DNA from: Harriotta raleighana
Taxonomy: Eukaryota
Assembly: GCA_050575255.1 (NCBI GenBank)
Contig: JBNZDD010013718.1
Span: 7,370,579-7,434,578, forward strand
Reading direction: 5' to 3'
DNA: 64,000 bases
Part shown: positions 63,301 to 64,000 of the stretch, piece by piece
How positions within the stretch are numbered: position 1 is the stretch's first letter
How the letters are laid out: each line of letters opens with the position of its first letter
Notes under the pieces: model-generated
The model's input: the letters and a program-made list of their open reading frames with translations, nothing else
Told to the model about the DNA's origin: nothing
Database searches by the model: none
Program-made: the position numbers and the translations under genes

Positions 63301-64000
63301 TCCAGCGTGAAATTTGTGAACTATTTCGGGATTTTTAGTCTTAATCTCTATACCGTGTTTATTTAAAGTTGTAAAAAGTTGCCTTGAGTGAATGGGAAGA
63401 GCCGCATAACTTGTCTTGCTTCACGTTTTACATTGCAACCTGTCGCATTTCAATGGATGGGGGTTAAAATGTGATGGAGGGAGTCGATTTCACAGATTTC
63501 AAAACTCAACCTGGCTCCCGATTTACTCGGAATTTCGTAGCATTTCAGAGTCTGCAGAAATCAGCAAAGTGTTGAATTCTGTCTGAACTTTGAAGTCAGT
63601 TTTCACTAGTTCTTAAAATACAGGTAATCTAAAGGAAAACAAGTTCAAAATTAGTACTTTTGAAATTAGCTACCCAAATTCTGCAGACTCTCTTAACACT
63701 ATAACTAAATAAAGACTTCACAGCTATTTCAAATCTCATGTCTAACAACTTGCATATACATGGGATGATGTCTTGACTTGGAATGTACAGTGTATGTTTG
63801 ATACAGTACAAGCACACTCAGTTAGTCTTTTTTTAAAAAAAACTGGTGGTTTGTAAGGCATTGTAAACTTTTTTTAGACGCTATAATGTCTGAACTTTCA
63901 TCAAAAACAGTGGTTTGACAGCGATTCTGCTGATGGCTATGTGGAGAAATACAATACCAAATTACATCACTAAATTACGTTTGTATAGCGCCTTTCACGT

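Overview
This is vertebrate genomic DNA, not prokaryotic. The repeat landscape (tRNA-derived SINE with an L2 tail, DeuSINE, LF-SINE, L2 and CR1 relics) suggests a cartilaginous fish, probably a chimaera such as elephant shark; that assignment is inference. The window holds the 5' part of one minus-strand multi-exon gene that I recognise as CCDC33 (C2-domain/coiled-coil protein). I traced 12 coding exons from an ATG at 59896 down to 2487. All have GT-AG boundaries and mutually consistent phases (1968 nt, 656 codons, no stops). The coiled-coil C-terminus lies beyond position 1. A CpG-richer putative promoter region lies at about 61.9-63.3 kb. The rest is intron filled with SINEs, LINE fragments and hAT MITEs, and most ORF-track entries are spurious. 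I found no evidence for a wholly new multi-gene system. The best leads are an inverted pair of sibling SINEs bracketing a frame-shifting exon, a 42-bp near-perfect hairpin fused to a SINE end, a candidate alternative first coding exon, a branch point apparently supplied by a SINE, and an intronic RFX X-box.
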